Origin: Eledone cirrhosa
Lineage: Eukaryota
DNA length: 64,000 nucleotides
Assembly (NCBI GenBank): GCA_964016885.1
Contig: OZ024750.1
Location: forward strand, 28,830,001-28,894,000
Direction: 5' to 3'
A model generated the notes under the pieces. That model was given only the letters and a program-made list of their open reading frames with translations, was not told the DNA's origin and did not search any database. The position numbers were made by a program, and so were the translations under genes. Below, one piece after another: positions 28,886 through 44,000 of this stretch. Within the stretch, counting starts at the first letter, position 1. Each line of letters opens with the position of its first letter.

Positions 28886-29324
28886 TATATATATATATAT
28901 ATATATATCATCTTCATCAACATCATCATCATCGTTTAACGTCCATTTTCCATTTTCCACACTAACATGGGTTAGACGCGTCGACCCATTTGAGGCAATT
29001 TGGGTCAGGTGATCGTGTCTTACGCATATAGGACTGTTTCTTTTTGTAATGACACCAACACGACCACTTTACAGTGTGGGCTAGATATATTTTGTTCACA
29101 GCGTAACAGTGATGTATAAAATCACATTTAAATAAATGTACTCTATACTGTAAGTACGTTAAAGTAAAGGACTAAGGAATGTATGTTGGCGGTTTATAGG
29201 AGATTTAATTCGACGTTCGTTGTTTCTAGACTTAAGCCTTGACTTCTGGAACAAATTTAAAGACGTAGGATTAGGTATACCTGTAAAAAGTCTAAAGTTT
29301 GTCTCGAGTCCGGAGGATCATCGG

Positions 29325-29546
29325 GGTCAGTGCTTATCTCGGTTTCCGTGACGTGAAGCGACTGAGAATACAAGACCCCCACTAGTCAATCGCGGGGTTA
29401 AACCCACATGTTACTGGTATTCATTTACAACTGATTATAACTGGAGCCGCGTTCAATAAAGTGCTTTGTCCAAGAACAGTCCAGGAATCAAACCCACGAC
29501 ATTATGATCGTATATCCAACATCCTAACCACTAGGCCACACACCTC
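29325..29546 (-). mobile_element. tRNA-derived SINE, family E
   Basis: The minus strand has an A box tggcctagtggttagg, a B box gggtttgattcc, then tgttcttggacaaagcactttatt. Related copy at 56813-56930. Confidence 0.75.
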
Positions 29547-30327
29547 TACTAAGTATACATACATACACACATACATACACACATACACACACACACATAC
29601 ATACATACACACATACATACATACACACATACATACACACACATACACACACATACACACATACACACGCATACACACACACATACATACACACACACAT
29701 ACATACATACACACACATACATACATATACACAAGAAAAAACACACACATACATATACATATATACACACATACATACACACACACACACACACACATAC
29801 ACACATATATACACACATACACACATACACACATATATACATACACATACATACACTACGACTCTTTACGAAGCTGATTCCTCCAATCCAACACTATTCT
29901 ATTCTATTATCCAGAAGTCTTCCTTTAACCATTCCTCTATAATCACAATATATCTTAAGGCTTATTTCTTTGTCTTTTCTCTCCCCTTTATTTAATCTAT
30001 TTACAATACTACAATAACCCCCTATTTCTCTACGTCTTAAGCTGACTGACCAATCAAAAGTGTTGAAAAATGGTGATGATCCTCTTATTAAAACTAACCT
30101 TAAATCATCGTTTTAACTAAGGTATATAAAAGCTGCCAACGATAGCCAATACAATAACTTCATTTTTATTTTTCGTTTGGTGTTTTGTTTTGTTTTTTGT
30201 GTTTTGTTTTTGTTTGGGTTTTTTTCTAATCTTATTTCCCGCCAAATTTCCTACCTTTTGTTTTTTCTATGAATTTATTATTATTTATTTGTTTATGTAC
30301 TTTTATCTGATATTTATTTATTTATTT

Positions 30328-31920
30328 AATAACAACAACAATAGCAGTAACAACAACACTAATAGCAGTAACAACAGCAGTAACAACAACAACAGTAACA
30401 ACACTAATAGCAGTAACAACAACACTAATAGCAGTAACAACAGCAGTAACAACAACAACAGTAACAACACTAATAGCAGTAACAACAACAACAGTAACAA
30501 CAACACTAATAGCAGTAACAACAGCAGTAACAACAACAACAACAACAACAGTAACAACACTAATAGCAGTAACAACAACAACAGTAACAACAATACTAAT
30601 GGCAGTAACAACAACAACAGTAACAACAACACTAATAGCAGTAACAACAACAGTAACAACAACAACAGTAACAACACTAATAGCAGTAACAACAACAACA
30701 GTAACAACAACACTAATAGCAGTAACAACAACAACAACAGTAACAACAACAACAGTAACAACAGCAACAACAGTAACAACAACAACAGTAACAACAACAA
30801 CAGTAACAACAACAACAGTAACAACAACACTAATAGCAGTAACAACAACAACAACAGTAACAACAACAACAGTAACAACAGCAACAACAGTAACAACAAC
30901 AACAGTAACAACAACAACAGTAACAACAACAACGACAGTAACAGCAACAACAGTAACAACAACAACAGTAACAACACTAATAGCAGTAACAACAAATACA
31001 GTAACAACACTAATAGCAGTAACAACAACAACAGTAACAACAACACTAATAGCAGTAACAACAACAACAGTAACAACAACACTAATAGCAGTAACAACAA
31101 CAGTAACAACAACACTAATAGCAGTAACAACAACAACAGTAACAACAACACTAATAGCAGTAACAACAACAACAACAGTAACAACAACAACAGTAACAAC
31201 AGCAACAACAGTAACAACAACAACAGTAACAACAACAACAGTAACAACAACAACAGTAACAACAACACTAATAGCAGTAACAACAACAACAACAGTAACA
31301 ACAACAACAGTAACAACAGCAACAACAGTAACAACAACAACAGTAACAACAACAACAGTAACAACAACAACGACAGTAACAGCAACAACAGTAACAACAA
31401 CAACAGTAACAACACTAATAGCAGTAACAACAAATACAGTAACAACACTAATAGCAGTAACAACAACAACAGTAACAACAACACTAATAGCAGTAACAAC
31501 AACAACAGTAACAACAACACTAATAGCAGTAACAACAACAGTAACAACAACACTAATAGCAGTAACAACAACAACAGTAACAACAACACTAATAGCAGTA
31601 ACAACAACAACAGTAACAACAACACTAATAGCAGTAACAACAACAACAGTAACAACAACACTAATAGCAGTAACAACAACAACAGTAACAACAACACTAA
31701 TAGCAGTAACAACAGCAGTAACAACAACACTAATAGCAGTAACAACAACAGTAACAACAACACTAATAGCAGTAACAACAACAACAATAACAACAACACT
31801 AATAGCAGTAACAACAACAACAGTAACAACAACACTAATAGCAGTAACAACAGTAACAACAACACTAATAGCAGTAAAAACAACAGTAACAACAATAACA
31901 ACAACAGTAAAAAAAACAAC
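30328..31920. repeat. AAC-rich compound trinucleotide repeat with a 438-bp internal duplication
   Basis: (AAC)n, AGT and ACTAATAGCAGT modules. Rare markers gac (30934/31372) and aaatac (30994/31432) are both 438 bp apart. Confidence 0.95.
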
Positions 31921-32084
31921 AAAAGCCATTATTGTGACACCAGTGACAGTAACAACAATATCAACTATAATGACATAGATGACAATCAAGATAAAGATAA
32001 CAAGGTCATTAACAAAGTGGGTGGGGAAGGGGGGGGGAGAAGAAGGAGAAGAAGGGGTGAAATACTAACAGGAACAATATGACT

Positions 32085-35000
32085 AACTAGAAAACTAACC
32101 GGAAGATAGACAACAATAAGACTAACAGAGAGATAGATAACAATAAGACTAACAGAGAGATAGACAACAACAAGACTAACGGAAGATAGACAACAATAAG
32201 ACTAACAGAGTGATAGACAACAATAAGACTAACAGAGTGATAGACAACAATAAGACTAACAGAGAGATAGACAACAATAAGACTAACAGGAAGATAGACA
32301 ACAATAAGACTAACAGAGAGATAGACAACAATAAGACTAACAGAGAGATAGACAACAATAAGACTAACAGAGAGATAGACAACAATAAGACTAACAGGAA
32401 GATAGACAACAATAAGACTAACAGAGTGATAGACAACAATAAGACTAACAGAGAGATAGACAACAATAAGACTAACAGGAAGATAGACAACAATAAGACT
32501 AACAGAGAGATAGACAACAATAAGACTAACAGAGTGATAGACAACAATAAGACTAACAGAGAGATAGACAACAATAAGACTAACAGGAAGATAGACAACA
32601 ATAAGACTAACAGGAAGATAGACAACAACAAGACTAACAGGAAGATAGACAACAATAAGACTAACGGAAGATAGACAACAATAAGACTAACGGAAGATAG
32701 ACAACAATAAGACTAACAGAGAGATAGACAACAATAAGACTAACAGGAAGATAGACAACAATAAGACTAACGGAAGATAGACAACAATAAGACTAACAGA
32801 GAGATAGACAACAATAAGACTAACAGGAAGATAGACAACAATAAGACTAACGGAAGATAGACAACAATAAGACTAACAGAGAGATAGACAACAATAAGAC
32901 TAACAGAGAGATAGACAACAATAAGACAAACAGAGTGATAGACAACAATAAGACTAACAGAGAGATAGACAACAATAAGACTAACAGAGAGATAGACAAC
33001 AATAAGACTAACAGAGAGATAGACAACAACAAGACTAACAGAGAGATACACAACAATAAGACTAACAGAGTGATAGACAACAATAAGACTAACGGAAGAT
33101 AGACAACAATAAGACTAACAGGAAGATAGACAACAACAAGACTAACGGAAGATAGACAACAATAAGACTAACAGAGAGATAGACAACAACAAGACTAACA
33201 GAGAGATAGACAACAATAAGACTAACGGAAGATAGACAACAATAAGACTAACAGAGAGATACACAACAATAAGACTAACAGAGAGATAGACAACAATAAG
33301 ACTAACAGGAAGATAGACAACAACAAGACTAACGGAAGATAGACAACAATAAGACTAACAGAGAGATAGACAACAACAAGACTAACAGAGATAGACAACA
33401 ATAAGACTAACAGGAAGATAGACGACAATAAGACTAACGGAAGATAGACAACAATAAGACTAACAGAGAGATAGACAACAACAAGACTAACAGAGAGATA
33501 GACAACAATAAGACTAACAGGAAGATAGACAACAATAAGACTAACAGAGAGATAGACAACAATAAGACTAACAGGAAGATAGACAACAATAAGACTAACA
33601 GGAAGATAGACAACAATAAGACTAACAGGAAGATAGACAACAATAAGACTAACAGAGAGATAGACAACAACAAGACTAACAGAGAGATAGACAACAACAA
33701 GATTAACAAAGAGATAGAGAACAACAAGACTAACAGAGAGATAGACAACAATAAGACTAACAGGAAGATAGACAACAATAAGACTAACAGGAAGATAGAC
33801 AACAATAAGACTAACAGGAAGATAGACAACAATAAGACTAACAGGAAGATAGACAACAATAAGACTAACAGAGCGATAGACAACAATAAGACTAACAGAG
33901 AGATAGACAACAATAAGACTAACAGGAAGATAGACAACAATAAGACTAACAGAGAGATAGACAACAATAAGACTAACAGGAAGATAGATAACAATAAGAC
34001 TAACAGAGAGATAGACAACAATAAGACTAACAGGAAGATAGACAACAATAAGACTAACAGAGAGATAGACAACAATAAGACTAACAGAGAGATAGACAAC
34101 AATAAGACTAACAGAGAGATAGACAACAATAAGACTAACAGGAAGATAGACAACAATAAGACTAACAGGAAGATAGACAACAATAAGACTAACAGGAAGA
34201 TAGACAACAATAAGACTAACAGGAAGATAGACAACAATAAGACTAGCAGAGAGATAGACAACAATAAGACTAACAGAGAGATAGACAACAATAAGACTAA
34301 CAGAGAGATAGACAACAACAAGACTAACAGAGAGATAGACAACAATAAGACTAACAGAGAGATAGACAACAATAAGACTAACAGAGAGATAGACAACAAT
34401 AAGACTTACAGAGAGATAGACAACAATAAGACTAACAGAGAGATAGACAACAATAAGACTAACAGAGAGATAGACAGCAACAAGACTAACAGAGAGATAG
34501 ACAACAACAAGACTAACAGAGAGATAGACAACAACAAGACTAACGGAAGATAGACAACAACAAGACTAACGGAAGATAGACAACAACAAGACTATCAGAG
34601 AGATAGACAACAACAAGACTAACAGAGAGATAGACAACAACAAGACTAACAGAGAGATAGACAACAATAAGACTAACAGAGAGATAGACAACAATAAGAC
34701 TAACAGAGAGATAGACAACAATGAGACTAACAGAGAGATAGACAACAATAAGACTAACGGAAGATAGACAACAATAAGACTAACAGAGAGATAGACAACA
34801 ACAAGACTAACAGGAAGATAGACAACAACAAGACTAACAGGAAGATAGACAACAATAAGACTAACAGAGAGATAGACAACAACAAGATTAACAAAGAGAT
34901 AGACAACAACAAGACTAACAGAAGATAGACAACAACAAGACTAACGGAAGATAGACAACAATAAGACTAACAGAGTGATAGACAACAATAAGACTAACAG

Positions 35001-38000
35001 AGTGATAGACAACAATAAGACTAACAGAGAGATAGACAACAATAAGACTAACAGGAAGATAGACAACAATAAGACTAACAGAGAGATAGACAACAATAAG
35101 ACTAACAGAGAGATAGACAACAATAAGACTAACAGGAAGATAGACAACAATAAGACTAACAGAGAGATAGACAACAATAAGACTAACAGAGTGATAGACA
35201 ACAATAAGACTAACAGAGAGATAGACAACAATAAGACTAACAGGAAGATAGACAACAATAAGACTAACAGGAAGATAGACAACAACAAGACTAACAGGAA
35301 GATAGACAACAATAAGACTAACAGGAAGATAGACAACAATAAGACTAACGGAAGATAGACAACAATAAGACTAACAGGAAGATAGACAACAATAAGACTA
35401 ACGGAAGATAGACAACAATAAGACTAACAGAGAGATAGACAACAATAAGACTAACGGAAGATAGACAACAATAAGACTAACAGAGAGATAGACAACAATA
35501 AGACTAACAGGAAGATAGACAACAATAAGACTAACGGAAGATAGACAACAATAAGACTAACAGAGAGATAGACAACAATAAGACTAACAGGAAGATAGAC
35601 AACAATAAGACTAACGGAAGATAGACAACAATAAGAGTAACAGAGAGATAGACAACAATAAGACTAACAGAGAGATAGACAACAATAAGACTAACAGAGT
35701 GATAGACAACAATAAGACTAACAGAGAGATAGACAACAATAAGACTAACAGAGAGATAGACAACAATAAGACTAACAGAGAGATAGACAACAACAAGACT
35801 AACAGAGAGATACACAACAATAAGACTAACAGAGTGATAGACAACAATAAGACTAACGGAAGATAGACAACAATAAGACTAACAGGAAGATAGACAACAA
35901 CAAGACTAACGGAAGATAGACAACAATAAGACTAACAGAGAGATAGACAACAATAAGACTAACGGAAGATAGACAACAATAAGACTAACAGAGAGATACA
36001 CAACAATAAGACTAACAGAGAGATAGACAACAACAAGACTAACAGAGAGATAGACAACAATAAGACTAACGGAAGATAGACAACAATAAGACTAACAGAG
36101 AGATAGACAACAATAAGACTAACGGAAGATAGACAACAATAAGACTAACGGAGAGATAGACAACAATAAGACTAACAGGAAGATAGACAACAACAAGACT
36201 AACAGAGAGATAGACAACAATAAGACTAACAGGAAGATAGACAACAACAAGACTAACAGAGAGATAGACAACAACAAGACTAACGGAAGATAGACAACAA
36301 CAAGACTAACAGGAAGATAGACAACAACAAGACTAACAGGAAGATAGACAACAATAAGACTAACAGAGAGATAGACAACAACAAGACTAACAGAGAGATA
36401 GACAACAATAAGACTAACAGGAAGATAGACAACAATAAGACTAACAGGAAGATAGACAACAACAAGACTAACAGGAAGATAGACAACAACAAGACTAACG
36501 GAAGATAGACAACAACAAGACTAACAGAGAGATACACAACAATAAGACTAACAGAGTGATAGACAACAATAAGACTAACGGAAGATAGACAACAATAAGA
36601 CTAACAGAGAGATAGACAACAATAAGACTAACAGGAAGATAGACAACAACAAGACTAACAGAGAGATAGACAACAATAAGACTAACAGAGAGATAGACAA
36701 CAACAAGACTAACAGAGAGATAGACAACAATAAGACTAACAGAGAGATAGACAACAACAAGACTAACAGAGAGATACACAACAATAAGACTAACAGAGTG
36801 ATAGACAACAATAAGACTAACGGAAGATAGACAACAATAAGACTAACAGGAAGATAGACAACAACAAGACTAACGGAAGATAGACAACAATAAGACTAAC
36901 AGAGAGATAGACAACAACAAGACTAACAGAGATAGACAACAATAAGACTAACAGGAAGATAGACAACAATAAGACTAACGGAAGATAGACAACAATAAGA
37001 CTAACAGAGAGATAGACAACAACAAGACTAACAGAGAGATAGACAACAATAAGATTAACAGGAAGATAGACAACAATAAGACTAACAGAGAGATAGACAA
37101 CAATAAGACTAACAGGAAGATAGACAACAATAAGACTAACAGGAAGATAGACAACAATAAGACTAACAGGAAGATAGACAACAATAAGACTAACAGAGAG
37201 ATAGACAACAACAAGACTAACAGAGAGATAGACAACAATAAGACTAACAGGAAGATAGACAACAATAAGACTAACAGAGAGATAGACAACAATAAGACTA
37301 ACAGAGAGATAGACAACAATAAGACTAACAGAGAGATAGACAACAATAAGACTAACAGAGAGATAGACAACAATAAGACTAACAGGAAGATAGACAACAA
37401 TAAGACTAACAGGAAGATAGACAACAATAAGACTAACAGGAAGATAGACAACAATAAGACTAACAGGAAGATAGACAACAATAAGACTAACAGAGAGATA
37501 GACAACAATAAGACTAACAGAGAGATAGACAACAATAAGACTAACAGAGAGATAGACAACAATAAGACTAACAGAGAGATAGACAACAACAAGACTAACA
37601 GAGAGATAGACAACAATAAGACTAACAGAGAGATAGACAACAATAAGACTAACAGAGAGATAGACAACAATAAGACTTACAGAGAGATAGACAACAATAA
37701 GACTAACAGAGAGATAGACAACAATAAGACTAACGGAAGATAGACAACAATAAGACTAACAGAGAGATACACAACAATAAGACTAACAGAGAGATAGACA
37801 ACAACAAGACTAACAGAGAGATAGACAACAATAAGACTAACAGAGAGATAGACAACAACAAGACTAACAGAGAGATACACAACAATAAGACTAACAGAGT
37901 GATAGACAACAATAAGACTAACGGAAGATAGACAACAATAAGACTAACAGGAAGATAGACAACAACAAGACTAACGGAAGATAGACAACAATAAGACTAA

Positions 38001-41000
38001 CAGAGAGATAGACAACAACAAGACTAACAGAGATAGACAACAATAAGACTAACAGGAAGATAGACGACAATAAGACTAACGGAAGATAGACAACAATAAG
38101 ACTAACAGAGAGATAGACAACAACAAGACTAACAGAGAGATAGACAACAATAAGACTAACAGGAAGATAGACAACAATAAGACTAACAGAGAGATAGACA
38201 ACAATAAGACTAACAGGAAGATAGACAACAATAAGACTAACAGGAAGATAGACAACAATAAGACTAACAGGAAGATAGACAACAATAAGACTAACAGAGA
38301 GATAGACAACAACAAGACTAACAGAGAGATAGACAACAACAAGATTAACAAAGAGATAGAGAACAACAAGACTAACAGAGAGATAGACAACAATAAGACT
38401 AACAGGAAGATAGACAACAATAAGACTAACAGGAAGATAGACAACAATAAGACTAACAGGAAGATAGACAACAATAAGACTAACAGGAAGATAGACAACA
38501 ATAAGACTAACAGAGCGATAGACAACAATAAGACTAACAGAGAGATAGACAACAATAAGACTAACAGGAAGATAGACAACAATAAGACTAACAGAGAGAT
38601 AGACAACAATAAGACTAACAGGAAGATAGATAACAATAAGACTAACAGAGAGATAGACAACAATAAGACTAACAGGAAGATAGACAACAATAAGACTAAC
38701 AGAGAGATAGACAACAATAAGACTAACAGAGAGATAGACAACAATAAGACTAACAGAGAGATAGACAACAATAAGACTAACAGGAAGATAGACAACAATA
38801 AGACTAACAGGAAGATAGACAACAATAAGACTAACAGGAAGATAGACAACAATAAGACTAACAGGAAGATAGACAACAATAAGACTAGCAGAGAGATAGA
38901 CAACAATAAGACTAACAGAGAGATAGACAACAATAAGACTAACAGAGAGATAGACAACAACAAGACTAACAGAGAGATAGACAACAATAAGACTAACAGA
39001 GAGATAGACAACAATAAGACTAACAGAGAGATAGACAACAATAAGACTTACAGAGAGATAGACAACAATAAGACTAACAGAGAGATAGACAACAATAAGA
39101 CTAACAGAGAGATAGACAGCAACAAGACTAACAGAGAGATAGACAACAACAAGACTAACAGAGAGATAGACAACAACAAGACTAACGGAAGATAGACAAC
39201 AACAAGACTAACGGAAGATAGACAACAACAAGACTATCAGAGAGATAGACAACAACAAGACTAACAGAGAGATAGACAACAACAAGACTAACAGAGAGAT
39301 AGACAACAATAAGACTAACAGAGAGATAGACAACAATAAGATTAACAGAGAGATAGACAACAATGAGACTAACAGAGAGATAGACAACAATAAGACTAAC
39401 GGAAGATAGACAACAATAAGACTAACAGAGAGATAGACAACAACAAGACTAACAGGAAGATAGACAACAACAAGACTAACAGGAAGATAGACAACAATAA
39501 GACTAACAGAGAGATAGACAACAACAAGATTAACAAAGAGATAGACAACAACAAGACTAACAGAAGATAGACAACAACAAGACTAACGGAAGATAGACAA
39601 CAATAAGACTAACAGAGTGATAGACAACAATAAGACTAACAGAGTGATAGACAACAATAAGACTAACAGAGAGATAGACAACAATAAGACTAACAGGAAG
39701 ATAGACAACAATAAGACTAACAGAGAGATAGACAACAATAAGACTAACAGAGAGATAGACAACAATAAGACTAACAGGAAGATAGACAACAATAAGACTA
39801 ACAGAGAGATAGACAACAATAAGACTAACAGAGTGATAGACAACAATAAGACTAACAGAGAGATAGACAACAATAAGACTAACAGGAAGATAGACAACAA
39901 TAAGACTAACAGGAAGATAGACAACAACAAGACTAACAGGAAGATAGACAACAATAAGACTAACAGGAAGATAGACAACAATAAGACTAACGGAAGATAG
40001 ACAACAATAAGACTAACAGGAAGATAGACAACAATAAGACTAACGGAAGATAGACAACAATAAGACTAACAGAGAGATAGACAACAATAAGACTAACGGA
40101 AGATAGACAACAATAAGACTAACAGAGAGATAGACAACAATAAGACTAACAGGAAGATAGACAACAATAAGACTAACGGAAGATAGACAACAATAAGACT
40201 AACAGAGAGATAGACAACAATAAGACTAACAGGAAGATAGACAACAATAAGACTAACGGAAGATAGACAACAATAAGAGTAACAGAGAGATAGACAACAA
40301 TAAGACTAACAGAGAGATAGACAACAATAAGACTAACAGAGTGATAGACAACAATAAGACTAACAGAGAGATAGACAACAATAAGACTAACAGAGAGATA
40401 GACAACAATAAGACTAACAGAGAGATAGACAACAACAAGACTAACAGAGAGATACACAACAATAAGACTAACAGAGTGATAGACAACAATAAGACTAACG
40501 GAAGATAGACAACAATAAGACTAACAGGAAGATAGACAACAACAAGACTAACGGAAGATAGACAACAATAAGACTAACAGAGAGATAGACAACAATAAGA
40601 CTAACGGAAGATAGACAACAATAAGACTAACAGAGAGATACACAACAATAAGACTAACAGAGAGATAGACAACAACAAGACTAACAGAGAGATAGACAAC
40701 AATAAGACTAACGGAAGATAGACAACAATAAGACTAACAGAGAGATAGACAACAATAAGACTAACGGAAGATAGACAACAATAAGACTAACGGAGAGATA
40801 GACAACAATAAGACTAACAGGAAGATAGACAACAACAAGACTAACAGAGAGATAGACAACAATAAGACTAACAGGAAGATAGACAACAACAAGACTAACA
40901 GAGAGATAGACAACAACAAGACTAACGGAAGATAGACAACAACAAGACTAACAGGAAGATAGACAACAACAAGACTAACAGGAAGATAGACAACAATAAG

Positions 41001-44000
41001 ACTAACAGAGAGATAGACAACAACAAGACTAACAGAGAGATAGACAACAATAAGACTAACAGGAAGATAGACAACAATAAGACTAACAGGAAGATAGACA
41101 ACAACAAGACTAACAGGAAGATAGACAACAACAAGACTAACGGAAGATAGACAACAACAAGACTAACAGAGAGATACACAACAATAAGACTAACAGAGTG
41201 ATAGACAACAATAAGACTAACGGAAGATAGACAACAATAAGACTAACAGAGAGATAGACAACAATAAGACTAACAGGAAGATAGACAACAACAAGACTAA
41301 CAGAGAGATAGACAACAATAAGACTAACAGAGAGATAGACAACAATAAGACTAACAGAGAGATAGACAACAACAAGACTAACAGAGAGATAGACAACAAT
41401 AAGACTAACAGAGAGATAGACAACAACAAGACTAACAGAGAGATACACAACAATAAGACTAACAGAGTGATAGACAACAATAAGACTAACGGAAGATAGA
41501 CAACAATAAGACTAACAGGAAGATAGACAACAACAAGACTAACGGAAGATAGACAACAATAAGACTAACAGAGAGATAGACAACAACAAGACTAACAGAG
41601 ATAGACAACAATAAGACTAACAGGAAGATAGACGACAATAAGACTAACGGAAGATAGACAACAATAAGACTAACAGAGAGATAGACAACAACAAGACTAA
41701 CAGAGAGATAGACAACAATAAGACTAACAGGAAGATAGACAACAATAAGACTAACAGAGAGATAGACAACAATAAGACTAACAGGAAGATAGACAACAAT
41801 AAGACTAACAGGAAGATAGACAACAATAAGACTAACAGGAAGATAGACAACAATAAGACTAACAGAGAGATAGACAACAACAAGACTAACAGAGAGATAG
41901 ACAACAACAAGATTAACAAAGAGATAGAGAACAACAAGACTAACAGAGAGATAGACAACAATAAGACTAACAGGAAGATAGACAACAATAAGACTAACAG
42001 GAAGATAGACAACAATAAGACTAACAGGAAGATAGACAACAATAAGACTAACAGGAAGATAGACAACAATAAGACTAACAGAGCGATAGACAACAATAAG
42101 ACTAACAGAGAGATAGACAACAATAAGACTAACAGGAAGATAGACAACAATAAGACTAACAGAGAGATAGACAACAATAAGACTAACAGGAAGATAGATA
42201 ACAATAAGACTAACAGAGAGATAGACAACAATAAGACTAACAGGAAGATAGACAACAATAAGACTAACAGAGAGATAGACAACAATAAGACTAACAGAGA
42301 GATAGACAACAATAAGACTAACAGAGAGATAGACAACAATAAGACTAACAGAAAGATAGACAACAATAAGACTAACAGGAAGATAGACAACAATAAGACT
42401 AACAGGAAGATAGACAACAATAAGACTAACAGGAAGATAGACAACAATAAGACTAGCAGAGAGATAGACAACAATAAGACTAACAGAGAGATAGACAACA
42501 ATAAGACTAACAGAGAGATAGACAACAACAAGACTAACAGAGAGATAGACAACAATAAGACTAACAGAGAGATAGACAACAATAAGACTAACAGAGAGAT
42601 AGACAACAATAAGACTTACAGAGAGATAGACAACAATAAGACTAACAGAGAGATAGACAACAATAAGACTAACAGAGAGATAGACAGCAACAAGACTAAC
42701 AGAGAGATAGACAACAACAAGACTAACAGAGAGATAGACAACAACAAGACTAACGGAAGATAGACAACAACAAGACTAACGGAAGATAGACAACAACAAG
42801 ACTATCAGAGAGATAGACAACAACAAGACTAACAGAGAGATAGACAACAACAAGACTAACAGAGAGATAGACAACAATAAGACTAACAGAGAGATAGACA
42901 ACAATAAGATTAACAGAGAGATAGACAACAATGAGACTAACAGAGAGATAGACAACAATAAGACTAACGGAAGATAGACAACAATAAGACTAACAGAGAG
43001 ATAGACAACAACAAGACTAACAGGAAGATAGACAACAACAAGACTAACAGGAAGATAGACAACAATAAGACTAACAGAGAGATAGACAACAACAAGATTA
43101 ACAAAGAGATAGACAACAACAAGACTAACAGAAGATAGACAACAACAAGACTAACGGAAGATAGACAACAATAAGACTAACAGAGTGATAGACAACAATA
43201 AGACTAACAGAGTGATAGACAACAATAAGACTAACAGAGAGATAGACAACAATAAGACTAACAGGAAGATAGACAACAATAAGACTAACAGAGAGATAGA
43301 CAACAATAAGACTAACAGAGAGATAGACAACAATAAGACTAACAGGAAGATAGACAACAATAAGACTAACAGAGAGATAGACAACAATAAGACTAACAGA
43401 GTGATAGACAACAATAAGACTAACAGAGAGATAGACAACAATAAGACTAACAGGAAGATAGACAACAATAAGACTAACAGGAAGATAGACAACAACAAGA
43501 CTAACAGGAAGATAGACAACAATAAGACTAACAGGAAGATAGACAACAATAAGACTAACGGAAGATAGACAACAATAAGACTAACAGGAAGATAGACAAC
43601 AATAAGACTAACGGAAGATAGACAACAATAAGACTAACAGAGAGATAGACAACAATAAGACTAACGGAAGATAGACAACAATAAGACTAACAGAGAGATA
43701 GACAACAATAAGACTAACAGGAAGATAGACAACAATAAGACTAACGGAAGATAGACAACAATAAGACTAACAGAGAGATAGACAACAATAAGACTAACAG
43801 GAAGATAGACAACAATAAGACTAACGGAAGATAGACAACAATAAGAGTAACAGAGAGATAGACAACAATAAGACTAACAGAGAGATAGACAACAATAAGA
43901 CTAACAGAGTGATAGACAACAATAAGACTAACAGAGAGATAGACAACAATAAGACTAACAGAGAGATAGACAACAATAAGAATAACAGAGAGATAGACAA

